A stretch of 64,000 nt of DNA. Origin: Candidatus Sulfotelmatobacter sp. (GTDB lineage: Bacteria; Acidobacteriota; Terriglobia; Terriglobales; Acidobacteriaceae). Below, piece after piece: positions 29,112 to 37,686 of the stretch; positions within the stretch are counted from its first letter, which is position 1, and every line of letters starts with the position of its first letter. A program made the position numbers and the translations under genes. Under the pieces are notes generated by a model. The model saw only the letters and a program-made list of their open reading frames with translations, was not told the origin of the DNA and made no database searches. The stretch is from positions 8,638 through 72,637 of the forward strand of contig DATEJO010000036.1 of the NCBI GenBank assembly GCA_035277905.1, read 5' to 3'.

Positions 29112-30353
29112 ATGCCATCCTCGCAGGCAGCAGCGTCTTCCGCAAGAACTCAGGAAGCTTCAAGCTCTGCCAACCTTCTCACTTGGGCTGCGTACGCTTC
29201 CTTTCTCCCGATCGGAATCGCGAATGTGCTTCTCGGACCCATGCTCCCGGTGCTTTCCACCCGGTGGTCCCTGGACTACTCGCAAGCCGGAGCCCTTTTC
29301 ACGGACCAATACATCGCTGCAACCATCGCAGTAGCACTGTCCGGTTTGGTCGTCGCCTTCCGCGGATTCCGTTTCTCAATCAAGTTCGGACTTGTACTTA
29401 CCGGCGCATCCCTGGCTTTCCTATTTACCGGCCCCAAAGCCCTTGGCATTGCATGTATCGCTGGACTCGGCGCAGGGCTTGGAATCGCCGTTCCCGCTGC
29501 AAATCTGCTGGTCGCTGAATCGAATCCGAAACAGCGGGGCGCAAGACTGACTTGGCTGAATTTCTGCTGGAGCGCGGGAGCGGTGACCTCACCATTTCTC
29601 GTAGCGGCCGCGCTCAAGGCTCACCGCATTCCGTTTTTCCTTGCGTTGCTCTCTGCCTGCTGTCTGCTAGTTGCGGTTGGATTCGCGCTGATGCCCAGAT
29701 CCGTCGTGGAACCGCCGGTCGCAACTCATCCGCGAATCGAAGTATTTCCCATCGTTCACTCCAGGCTGTTGCCTTTCTTGTCTCTGGCGGCCGTGTTCTT
29801 CATTTATGTGGGTACGGAAAACGGATTCGGGGGATGGGTCGCGTCCTACTCAAAGACACTCGGCACGGTCAGTCCGTCGACATCGCTGATCACGCCTTCG
29901 TTTTTTTATGCGTCGTTGATGGCCGGTAGACTATTAGCTCCGGTCCTGCTTCGACGCACGAAAGAGGTCATCCTCGTGCGCGTAGGACTCATCTTCGCAT
30001 GCGCCGGAACGGGTGGCCTGATGCTTTCGCACGAACTTTCCGGCGTGCTCCTCAGCGCCTGCGCCGCAGGATTCGGCCTTTCCTGCGTCTATCCGATTTC
30101 GATCGGGATGTTGTCCAGAGAATTCGGGCCGGCCTCATCACAGATCGCCGCCTTGATGTTCGTATTGTCGAACATCGGAGGAGCATTGCTTCCCTGGATC
30201 GTTGGCTTGGCCGGGACTCGATTCGGAACACTCCAGGCAGGCCTGTTTGTGCCTCTGCTCGGCTGCGCAGCCATGTTTGTTCTCTACCTTCCGAAGTGGG
30301 ACAGCAATGTGGTTGTCGGCGGCCTGCACAGTGCCGGTCGACAAATTTACTGA
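29112..30353 (+). CDS. MFS transporter
   Basis: 413 aa with ~12 TM segments and an MFS-like loop motif (ESNPKQRGARLTWLN). Its 3' end overlaps the 3' end of the convergent nucleotidyltransferase gene by 7 nt. Confidence 0.8.
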   Translation: MPSSQAAASSARTQEASSSANLLTWAAYASFLPIGIANVLLGPMLPVLSTRWSLDYSQAGALFTDQYIAATIAVALSGLVVAFRGFRFSIKFGLVLTGASLAFLFTGPKALGIACIAGLGAGLGIAVPAANLLVAESNPKQRGARLTWLNFCWSAGAVTSPFLVAAALKAHRIPFFLALLSACCLLVAVGFALMPRSVVEPPVATHPRIEVFPIVHSRLLPFLSLAAVFFIYVGTENGFGGWVASYSKTLGTVSPSTSLITPSFFYASLMAGRLLAPVLLRRTKEVILVRVGLIFACAGTGGLMLSHELSGVLLSACAAGFGLSCVYPISIGMLSREFGPASSQIAALMFVLSNIGGALLPWIVGLAGTRFGTLQAGLFVPLLGCAAMFVLYLPKWDSNVVVGGLHSAGRQIY

Positions 30354-31546
30354 GGGACCACCTTCGCTGCCAACCGACACAGGCGCACCACGCGGTATAA
30401 AGGGAACAACGCGCCGGGAAGGCGAACAATTGCCCAATCTCCTGGGCCGGGCGTCCAAACCAGACGAGACAGGAAGCGCAACCGGTCGAGCGTTCTTTCG
30501 CGTAACCGCCACACAAGCCGAAAATAGGCGGGAGACTCGACGTCATATTCTGTCTCGCTCTCGATGTATCCACTGATCTCATCCACTAGCGCCGGCACCT
30601 CGTTGTCCCGCGGCAGATTCGCGATCGCATCGGGAATCGGGGCGGCGAGAAGCCGATTCACAAGAAAGGCCGCTACACACAGGATGCGCGCGATCCCGAG
30701 TTCTTCAGCCTGGGATGTGATCTGGTGCCAGTCAAGTTGAGGAAGAGTCATCATGCGCGCTAAATCGCAAAGCCAGATGAGCCGTCCCCAGACATGCTTA
30801 GCAGCGTGCAAGGTGAGAATGATGAAGAGGTCTTCGAGTGCGGGACTCTTGATTTCACGTCCGGCAACGGTGGTCGTCACGGCGCGCCGAAAAACTGCGT
30901 TCAGGTCGAAATCGACGGAGTAAAAACCCGCCAGGATCGCCCACTGCACTTCCAGCAGGTTTTTTCCCGCCGGCGCATCGAACGCAGATTCATATCCGGA
31001 CTTCAAATAAGCTCTTTCCTGAGCAGCCGAGAAATTCTCGTGGGACACGAAACCGAGCGGAGATAGGTTCTGACGTATTCGTGCAAGATCCCATGGATGG
31101 ATCAGCAGATCGATATCGCCAGACTGGCGTAGAGCGATATCCCCATAGAGTGTCTCTGCCAGCGGGAGCCCTTTGTACGGAATTACTTCGATTCCAGCCG
31201 CGTCAAGGCAGTCGAGGATGCTTATCAACTCGCGAGATAGAAATAGGGCCTTATGCAGATTGGCTTGATATTGCTGCATGAGGAAGCGCATGGGCTCCGC
31301 CGGGACGGCGTCCGCGACGCTCGAGAGGGCCTGAAATAACAGTGGGTGAACTCCGTGCCGATCAGCGAGATTGAATACTTCATTCCACCGAAGAGGCTGC
31401 GCGAGGATAGATCGAAGCCGCGCACTTTTTACCTCGGGTGAGTCTATGGAGGATACTGCGAGAAGAAGCAGCCACTCGTTGCCGCGCGTCGAGTCTTTCA
31501 CGGCGATCTCGGCCGATATCTCCGTAGTCGACAGTGCTGAAGTCAA
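30347..31546 (-). CDS. Uncharacterised nucleotidyltransferase family protein (PF14907/NTP_transf_5-like)
   Basis: ...IPYKGLPLAETLYGDIALRQSGDIDLLIHPWDLARIRQNL...LTLHAAKHVW... is the pattern I associate with PF14907. The TTG start lies 2 nt after the stop of the upstream rSAM gene. Confidence 0.75.
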   Translation of the reverse strand: MTSALSTTEISAEIAVKDSTRGNEWLLLLAVSSIDSPEVKSARLRSILAQPLRWNEVFNLADRHGVHPLLFQALSSVADAVPAEPMRFLMQQYQANLHKALFLSRELISILDCLDAAGIEVIPYKGLPLAETLYGDIALRQSGDIDLLIHPWDLARIRQNLSPLGFVSHENFSAAQERAYLKSGYESAFDAPAGKNLLEVQWAILAGFYSVDFDLNAVFRRAVTTTVAGREIKSPALEDLFIILTLHAAKHVWGRLIWLCDLARMMTLPQLDWHQITSQAEELGIARILCVAAFLVNRLLAAPIPDAIANLPRDNEVPALVDEISGYIESETEYDVESPAYFRLVWRLRERTLDRLRFLSRLVWTPGPGDWAIVRLPGALFPLYRVVRLCRLAAKVVPQ

Positions 31547-31548
31547 TC

Positions 31549-32658
31549 TTACGCAATCGCACCCGCGGGCAGCGCGGCGGGACGAATCTGCACGAGACTA
31601 GCTCCCGTGCGTTTCTTGGCCAGCATATTAGCCGACGGAATTCCAGTTCTGGCGAACGACTTCTCGCAATCCTGCGAGGACGGCCCACGCATATTGCCCT
31701 CCATATATGCAAGACCGGGGCATCGCGTGCAAGTCGCGGCGTGCGTACAGGAAGAACAGGTTGTGAGATCTTTAATGCGAATTGATCGAACATCATTCAT
31801 CAGGTCGGAATGCCGCCAGATGTCGATGAACCGTTGCTTCCTTACGTTTCCAGTCGGGAGCGGGAATTGGACACAGGGAAAAACATCGCCATAGGGCGAA
31901 ACGTAGCACGCAGAATGTCCCGCGCTACACGGCGTGGCGTCAAGCTCGCTCTCGCCAGCCTTTGCCGGAATCGCACAGAATTCGTCGACATCGCCGACCA
32001 GCGCCGAATCCCGAAACACGTCGCGCAATGCGTTTGTGTCGACTCCAAGGCTCAGAACCGAACGATTGCCGTCCATCATCGGCGTTACTGTCGGATCAAG
32101 CGTACATTCAACGCCCAATTCCGCCGCCAAGGCTCGCACGCCCGGATAGTCCAGCATGTTCTGGGTCATGAGTACGTTCGCAATGATGACTTTCAATCCC
32201 TGCGACTTGAGGAATCGAATCGCGTTGATCGATCGCTTCAGCGAACCCGGAATCAGCGTGATGGCGTCGTGCACTTCCGGACGATGAGAGTAGATGCTGA
32301 TCTGGATCGATTCAACATCCAGATCTCGAATTCGCGCTGCCTCGCGCTCACGGATCAATACGGCATTCGTCTTCAACTTGACGCAGAACATCAGGCGTCG
32401 TGCGTGCTCCAGAATCTCGAAAAAATCCTTACGCAGAAAAATTTCTCCGCCGCTCATGGTCAGCACAAAAACGCCGGCCTCTGCCATTTCGTCGAGGAGA
32501 TGCTTGATTTCCGCCGTGGTCATCTCGCCGTGATCGTTGTGATCGAGATAGCAATGGACACACTTCTCGTTGCAACGATACGTAAGGTCGAGTTGAACAT
32601 TCAGCGGAATGTTCAACGCCAACGCTTTATTGGTCATCTCCTCGAGCAGTCCACTCAT
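31549..32658 (-). CDS. Radical SAM / SPASM-domain peptide-modifying enzyme
   Basis: CNEKCVHC (CxxxCxxC) near the N-terminus, and a C-terminal Cys-rich auxiliary-cluster region (CSAGHSACYVSPYGDVFPC...CSSCTHAATCTRCPG). The start overlaps the PqqD stop as ATGA (32655-32658). Confidence 0.9.
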   Translation of the reverse strand: MSGLLEEMTNKALALNIPLNVQLDLTYRCNEKCVHCYLDHNDHGEMTTAEIKHLLDEMAEAGVFVLTMSGGEIFLRKDFFEILEHARRLMFCVKLKTNAVLIREREAARIRDLDVESIQISIYSHRPEVHDAITLIPGSLKRSINAIRFLKSQGLKVIIANVLMTQNMLDYPGVRALAAELGVECTLDPTVTPMMDGNRSVLSLGVDTNALRDVFRDSALVGDVDEFCAIPAKAGESELDATPCSAGHSACYVSPYGDVFPCVQFPLPTGNVRKQRFIDIWRHSDLMNDVRSIRIKDLTTCSSCTHAATCTRCPGLAYMEGNMRGPSSQDCEKSFARTGIPSANMLAKKRTGASLVQIRPAALPAGAIA

Positions 32659-32972
32659 TTGGAATTGTCCGTTCCGGAATAGCTCTGGTGAATCGGCGCT
32701 TCCGATACCTGCAAAATTTCGTGGCTGGCCAGTTCGCGGGCAAGACTCTCGGCGTCATGAATCGCTTCTTTCGGATCCACGTCGAACTCGCTGCAGATCT
32801 TTTGCGTGACAATTTCTTCTAGCGGAGTTTCACCATCCGCGGATTGCCACAGAATTGTCGCGGTCTTATTCAAGGTGAAAAGCGTGGAATCGCGTCCGGA
32901 CATGATCATCATCTCGCCGCCCAGACCGCGCGCCGCCACTCGGGGATTTCGTGCCACATATATGCTGCTCAT
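32655..32972 (-). CDS. PqqD-family peptide chaperone (RiPP recognition element)
   Basis: ~105 aa with ...GGEMMIMSGRDSTLFTLNKTATILWQSADGETPLEEIVTQKICSEFDVDPKEAIHDAESLAREL, the typical PqqD pattern. The ATG at 32970-32972 overlaps the kinase stop as ATGA. The ORF-track start at 32987 is an alternative. Confidence 0.85.
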   Translation of the reverse strand: MSSIYVARNPRVAARGLGGEMMIMSGRDSTLFTLNKTATILWQSADGETPLEEIVTQKICSEFDVDPKEAIHDAESLARELASHEILQVSEAPIHQSYSGTDNSK

Positions 32973-33784
32973 CCAATCAACTCCCATACCCGGCTATCCG
33001 GAAAAAACGTCAGCCGGCGAACCGGCACCCGGCTCACGAATTCAAATGCAGAATGAAAAGTTGCCTGAACCAGTTCCTCATCCTCCGCGAAAAAAAGGAG
33101 ATTGGCAAGCAAAGAACGCGCTGCCTCGGCTTGGGCTACAGGCTCGATGCGATTTTCCGCTCCCTTCGACAGAAGATAGAGCACAGAAACCGGCGCCGAA
33201 ACGTTTTCTCCCAGTTTGGCAAGCTCCCCCGTAAAAGGAGTTCCGTAGGCGATATACCCCTCATTCTGTTTGCGCACGTAGGAGATTTCGTCGGTCAACA
33301 GCGTCACATCAGGAGGAGCCAGCCTCGAAATCGTGGTTTTACCCGCTTCTGAGACGCCGGCGAACAGGAATGCCTTTCCGTTACGGATCGCGCTCGCAGA
33401 GTGCAGAAGAAATCCGCCTTGTCTAGCGAGAACAAGTGTGTGAACGATGCGGAACACCGCGTCAATCGAATATGGATTTGCAGTTTGCCTAATCCAGCCG
33501 CGGCGCTTTGCCGGTTCCCATTCGGCCCGAAAATCGCCACGCTGCAACCTCCAGCGGCCATGCTGCTGAGTGACACGAACATCATCGTCCGGATTCGGAA
33601 AGTGACTGGACGAGATATCAACATCGAATTCAATTTCTGGGCGGTCGGATCGGCTGATAAATCCGGAATAGCGATCCTGCAGTATGGCGATGAAGCCAGC
33701 GTCGGTCGTATTCACGCGCACTGGCATCCCCCCGATCTCAATGACGAGGCTAAGAGGCACGACTTCGGTCATTAATTCTGGCAA
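32969..33784 (-). CDS. HPr-kinase-related (HprK-like) P-loop kinase
   Basis: LLHSASAIRNGKAFLFAGVSEAGKTTISRL has a Walker A motif in the context typical of HprK C-terminal-domain homologues found in RiPP clusters. The start is the TTG at 33784 or the ATG at 33772. Confidence 0.8.
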   Translation of the reverse strand: MPELMTEVVPLSLVIEIGGMPVRVNTTDAGFIAILQDRYSGFISRSDRPEIEFDVDISSSHFPNPDDDVRVTQQHGRWRLQRGDFRAEWEPAKRRGWIRQTANPYSIDAVFRIVHTLVLARQGGFLLHSASAIRNGKAFLFAGVSEAGKTTISRLAPPDVTLLTDEISYVRKQNEGYIAYGTPFTGELAKLGENVSAPVSVLYLLSKGAENRIEPVAQAEAARSLLANLLFFAEDEELVQATFHSAFEFVSRVPVRRLTFFPDSRVWELIG

Positions 33785-33807
33785 GTGGAATTGTCAGCTT
33801 TCAATTC

Positions 33808-34167
33808 TCAAGGTCGTAAAAATCTGTGGACGCCTACCACCGCACAAGCGGCGAAATCGGACCGACGAACGTGGCACATCGGCCGCAAGCTGCGATTCGA
33901 TCCTATGTGTTCCGTCGAATAGAGACACGTGGGATGCCAACTCTGCCCAGGCTGGGTGACAGGATTTCGAAATTCTATCATTTTCGCGAAGCGCCAGTGC
34001 GGCAATCTTTGAAAGGCCTCGCTCTCTGCCCCGCGGGGGAAGGGCTTGAAACCGGAACGTCCGCAAATGCTGACAGCAACGATTTCTTTTTTCGATGCGG
34101 CCATGGTTCGCAATTTCGCGGATAGCCCGTACAATAGTTGGAATCCTTCTTTGTTGATCATCGCCAT
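33808..34167 (-). CDS. Unsupported ORF immediately upstream of the kinase gene (candidate substrate/precursor or non-coding)
   Basis: 119-aa ORF ending 24 nt before the HprK-like start. Possible internal starts are a TTG (codon 12) preceded by AAGGA, and the ATG at 34102-34104. It is Cys/Trp/His-containing, has no recognised family and mixed codon usage. Confidence 0.2.
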   Translation of the reverse strand: MAMINKEGFQLLYGLSAKLRTMAASKKEIVAVSICGRSGFKPFPRGAESEAFQRLPHWRFAKMIEFRNPVTQPGQSWHPTCLYSTEHIGSNRSLRPMCHVRRSDFAACAVVGVHRFLRP

Positions 34168-34209
34168 AATTCAACGAACGAGAGACGTGTGGAGGCGTAG
34201 CAAACCAGA

Positions 34210-36891
34210 TTGGACGGATACGAGACAGTAGAACAAACGGATCAGAACTCCTCACCTGCGGCAGTCAGCAATGTGCTCACCGCCGAGGAAGTTGCGAATC
34301 TGGCTGCTGAAGGCGGCCAGTCGGCAGAGACGTTAATGAACCTCGTGGCCTTGATCGCTAAGAGGTTCCGCACCGATGTGTGTTCGGCATACTTGCTTGA
34401 ACCAGATCGCGCCAACCTCGTGTTGGCCGCCACTGTCGGGCTTCGTCGCGAGTGCATCGGCAACTTGCGGATGGCCGTCCACGAGGGCTTGACAGGCCTT
34501 GTCGCGGAACAGGTTCATCCGGTAGCAGTAAGCCAGGTAAAGAATCATCCTCGGTTCAAATACTTCCGCGACGCCGGAGAGGATGCCTACCAGTCTTTCT
34601 TAGGCGTGCCGTTGATCGATCGCGGCATCCTGCAGGGCGTTCTAGTGGTGCAGACGATTGAAGCGCGCGTCTTTAGCGACGACGAAATCAGGATGTTGTC
34701 GGAGGTCGCGAGACAAGTCGCTCCGGTTGTGAGCGAAGCTCGGACGCTCGATCGTTTCATCGCGCCCCTTCAGGAACGTCTCTGGGCGCTGGGGCGAAAT
34801 CTGTGGTGGAGTTGGGATCATAATTCCGCAAGCCTCTTCCTTGACCTTGATCCGGCGCGGTGGAGTGAGCTGAACCACAATCCGATCGCTCTGTTGAGCG
34901 AACTTCCGCTCTCGAAGCTTGAAACGCGAGCTGCCGAGCTCATGCTCCATAGTCGCGTGAACTACGCCTACCGCCGGATGCTCGAATATCTCGAGGCGGA
35001 TCGTACCTGGGGCACGCGGCACGCTGGCGTTCTCCGTCCGCATCCTGTCGCATATTTTTCCGCCGAGTTCGGATTGCACGAGTCACTACCGGTGTATTCC
35101 GGCGGTCTGGGAGTTCTTGCGGGCGATCACATCAAAAGCGCATCCGATCTCGATATTCCACTCGTAGGCATCGGACTGTTTTACGGCCAGGGATATTTCC
35201 GCCAGCGTCTCGATCTCAACGGCTGGCAACGCGAAGAGTACCTGGAGACGGACGTCAATCAACTACCGATGGAAGTCGCGATCGGAAGAGATGGGCGCCC
35301 CGTGGTAGTTGAGATCGAAACTCGCAGCGGCCGCATTCAGGCAAAGGTCTGGCGAGTCAAAGTTGGACGCCGCGATCTCTTGCTGCTCGATTCGGATGTG
35401 GAAGGCAACGCCCCTGAGGATCGCGAGCTGACGTCACGGCTGTATGGCGGCGATCTGCGCATCCGGATCCGACAGGAAGTGTTGTTGGGAGTCGGCGGCC
35501 TGCGCGCCCTGAAAGCTCTGGGCATCTCTCCTGGCGTTCTTCACCTCAACGAAGGCCATAGCGGATTCGCGGTTTTGGAAGCGATCCGCATGCGTATGGA
35601 GGATGAAGGCATCGGATTCGATGCAGCCGTCCCACGAGTCTCCCGAGAAGTCGTCTTCACGACGCATACTCCGGTTCCTGCTGGCCACGACCGCTTCGAT
35701 GCCAAACTGGTGGAAGAACATATCGGACCGCTCCGCGAACAATTAGGCCTGTCCCAGGAAAGTCTGCTGGGTCTCGGCCGCGAGAACACCAGCAATCAGG
35801 ACGAACTCTTCTGCATGACCGTTCTCGCGCTTCGCCTCTCGCGTCGCGCGAACGCTGTCTCGGCGCTGCACGGTGAAGTTTCTCGTGCCATGTGGACCGG
35901 ACTCTATCGAGGCAAGCCGGAGGACGAAGTTCCCATCGGACACATCACCAACGGCGTGCACGTCCCATCGTGGCTCGCTCCCCAGATGTTCCGACTCTAC
36001 GACCGCCATCTCGGAACCGACTGGTTACAGCGAGGCAGCGAAGCGAAGACCTGGCTGGGAATCGAGAATGTCGATGACGGCGAGCTTTGGGAGACGCACC
36101 TGAACCTCAAGTCGCAGCTGATTGAGTTCGTTCGTAAGCGGGCGGTAGATCAGGCCGAGCGGAGAGGCGAGTCCCACGAAGTGTTGCAGCGCCTTGAGCG
36201 CGTTCTGAGCCCTGATGCTCTCACGATCGGCTTTGCTCGCCGCTTCGCGACGTATAAGCGAGCGAATCTGATCCTGACGGACATCGAACGCCTCGCATCG
36301 ATGGTGAACGATCCGAATCGTCCTGTGCAGTTTGTCTTTGCCGGCAAAGCGCACCCGCTGGACGAACCGGGCAAGCGCGTTCTGCAGCAGATTGCCGAAC
36401 TGATGCGCGACCCGATGTTCCGCGACAAGTTCGTTTTCGTCGAGGACTACGACATCAACGTCGGCCGCCGCTTCGTGCAAGGCGTAGACGTGTGGCTGAA
36501 TAATCCACGGCGTCCGCTGGAAGCTTCAGGAACCAGCGGCCAGAAGGTCGTTCTCAACGGGGGTCTCAATCTCTCCATTCTGGACGGATGGTGGGCCGAA
36601 GCGTTTGATGGCATCAACGGATTTGCCATTGGAAGCGGCAAAACTCATTCCAACATGAGCGTCCACGATTCCCGCGATGGGGAGGATCTGTTACGCGCAC
36701 TTCGGGAAGAAGTGATACCGCTCTATTACCAGCGCGATCGCGATGGCCTTCCTCGGGGCTGGATCAAGCGCATGAAACGGACGATCCGAACGCTGGGGTG
36801 GCGTTTCAACGCAGACCGCATGGTGATGGATTACACGCTGAAGTGCTACGTCCCGGCAGCGGGAGGCACGTCGAGCGACATGCGCGGTTAA
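34210..36891 (+). CDS. glgP: Alpha-glucan (glycogen/maltodextrin) phosphorylase with N-terminal GAF domain
   Basis: N-terminal ~170 aa are GAF-like (...SAYLLEPDRANLVLAATVGL...GLTGLVAEQ...FLGVPLIDRGILQGVLVVQT...). The remainder is GT35 alpha-glucan phosphorylase (YFSAEFGLHESLPVYSGGLGVLAGDH, EASGTSGQK with the PLP Lys). TTG start. Confidence 0.9.
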   Translation: MDGYETVEQTDQNSSPAAVSNVLTAEEVANLAAEGGQSAETLMNLVALIAKRFRTDVCSAYLLEPDRANLVLAATVGLRRECIGNLRMAVHEGLTGLVAEQVHPVAVSQVKNHPRFKYFRDAGEDAYQSFLGVPLIDRGILQGVLVVQTIEARVFSDDEIRMLSEVARQVAPVVSEARTLDRFIAPLQERLWALGRNLWWSWDHNSASLFLDLDPARWSELNHNPIALLSELPLSKLETRAAELMLHSRVNYAYRRMLEYLEADRTWGTRHAGVLRPHPVAYFSAEFGLHESLPVYSGGLGVLAGDHIKSASDLDIPLVGIGLFYGQGYFRQRLDLNGWQREEYLETDVNQLPMEVAIGRDGRPVVVEIETRSGRIQAKVWRVKVGRRDLLLLDSDVEGNAPEDRELTSRLYGGDLRIRIRQEVLLGVGGLRALKALGISPGVLHLNEGHSGFAVLEAIRMRMEDEGIGFDAAVPRVSREVVFTTHTPVPAGHDRFDAKLVEEHIGPLREQLGLSQESLLGLGRENTSNQDELFCMTVLALRLSRRANAVSALHGEVSRAMWTGLYRGKPEDEVPIGHITNGVHVPSWLAPQMFRLYDRHLGTDWLQRGSEAKTWLGIENVDDGELWETHLNLKSQLIEFVRKRAVDQAERRGESHEVLQRLERVLSPDALTIGFARRFATYKRANLILTDIERLASMVNDPNRPVQFVFAGKAHPLDEPGKRVLQQIAELMRDPMFRDKFVFVEDYDINVGRRFVQGVDVWLNNPRRPLEASGTSGQKVVLNGGLNLSILDGWWAEAFDGINGFAIGSGKTHSNMSVHDSRDGEDLLRALREEVIPLYYQRDRDGLPRGWIKRMKRTIRTLGWRFNADRMVMDYTLKCYVPAAGGTSSDMRG

Positions 36892-36921
36892 GACAAGCAA
36901 CCTGCTATCTTCTTCAGAACT

Positions 36922-37638
36922 ATGGAAACTCAAAGAGGACGAGGCACAGTTCTAGGCCTCGTCCCGGCCCGCGGTGGATCGAAAGGCATTTCGCGAAAAA
37001 ACGCTCGTTTGCTGGCAGGCAAGCCCTTGCTGGCCTACACGGCAGATGCCGCGCGGGGCGCAACGGGCTTGTCTCGAATCCTGCTCAGCACCGACGATCC
37101 CGAAATTGCTTCGATCGGCAAAGCAGCCGGTCTAGAAGTTCCGTTCCTCAGGCCTGCCGAACTTGCTGTCGACTCGACTCCAATGATCGACGTAGTACTG
37201 CACGCCATCCAGTGGGTTCGGGATCAGGGGCTGAGTTACGATGCAGTCTGTCTTCTGCAGCCCACCAGCCCGCTGCGCAGCTCAGCGAGTATTGACTACT
37301 GCATTTCTCTCTTATGGGAACACGATGTAGACAGCGTCATGTCGGTGCGCCCCGTTCCGACGGAATACAATCCATACTGGGTTTATTTCGAGGATTCTGG
37401 CGGATTACTACGACCGAGCATGGGTGACAAAACCGAAGTCCCCTGTCGGCAGCAACTCCCCCGCGCCTACCACGCTGATGGGAGTGTATTCCTGGCCCGG
37501 ACGGAAAAGATCCTCAAGGAGCATTCCCTGAAATGCAAGCGGATGCTGGGAGCAATATCTCCCGAGCACGAAGCAGTTGATCTGGATACAGAAGAACAGT
37601 GGCGGGCGCTGGAAAGAAAGCTGCGGCACGAATCTTAA
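36922..37638 (+). CDS. Acylneuraminate (nonulosonate) cytidylyltransferase, NeuA/LegF family
   Basis: LGLVPARGGSKGISRKNARLLAGKPLLAYT...LLSTDD...VPFLRPAELAVDSTPMIDVVLHA is the CMP-NulO synthetase signature. Confidence 0.85.
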   Translation: METQRGRGTVLGLVPARGGSKGISRKNARLLAGKPLLAYTADAARGATGLSRILLSTDDPEIASIGKAAGLEVPFLRPAELAVDSTPMIDVVLHAIQWVRDQGLSYDAVCLLQPTSPLRSSASIDYCISLLWEHDVDSVMSVRPVPTEYNPYWVYFEDSGGLLRPSMGDKTEVPCRQQLPRAYHADGSVFLARTEKILKEHSLKCKRMLGAISPEHEAVDLDTEEQWRALERKLRHES

Positions 37639-37686
37639 CGGCAATTCTGATGTGGGATAAAGAACCTGACCTCGGCTTTATTACTG

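Noticed and set aside
30347-33784. Interpretation of the kinase/PqqD/nucleotidyltransferase genes as a lasso-peptide cluster.
   Set aside because: No Asn-synthetase-like lasso cyclase or transglutaminase-like leader peptidase is present anywhere in the 64-kb window, and an rSAM/SPASM enzyme sits in the operon instead. It is therefore treated as a distinct RiPP-like system.
33794-34255. A 153-aa minus-strand ORF upstream of the HprK-like gene that overlaps the glgP start.
   Set aside because: The translation is very Arg-rich and low-complexity-looking. It overlaps the 5' end of the well-supported phosphorylase gene and has no RBS. The other frame (33808..34167) is the only one kept, and only as a weak candidate.
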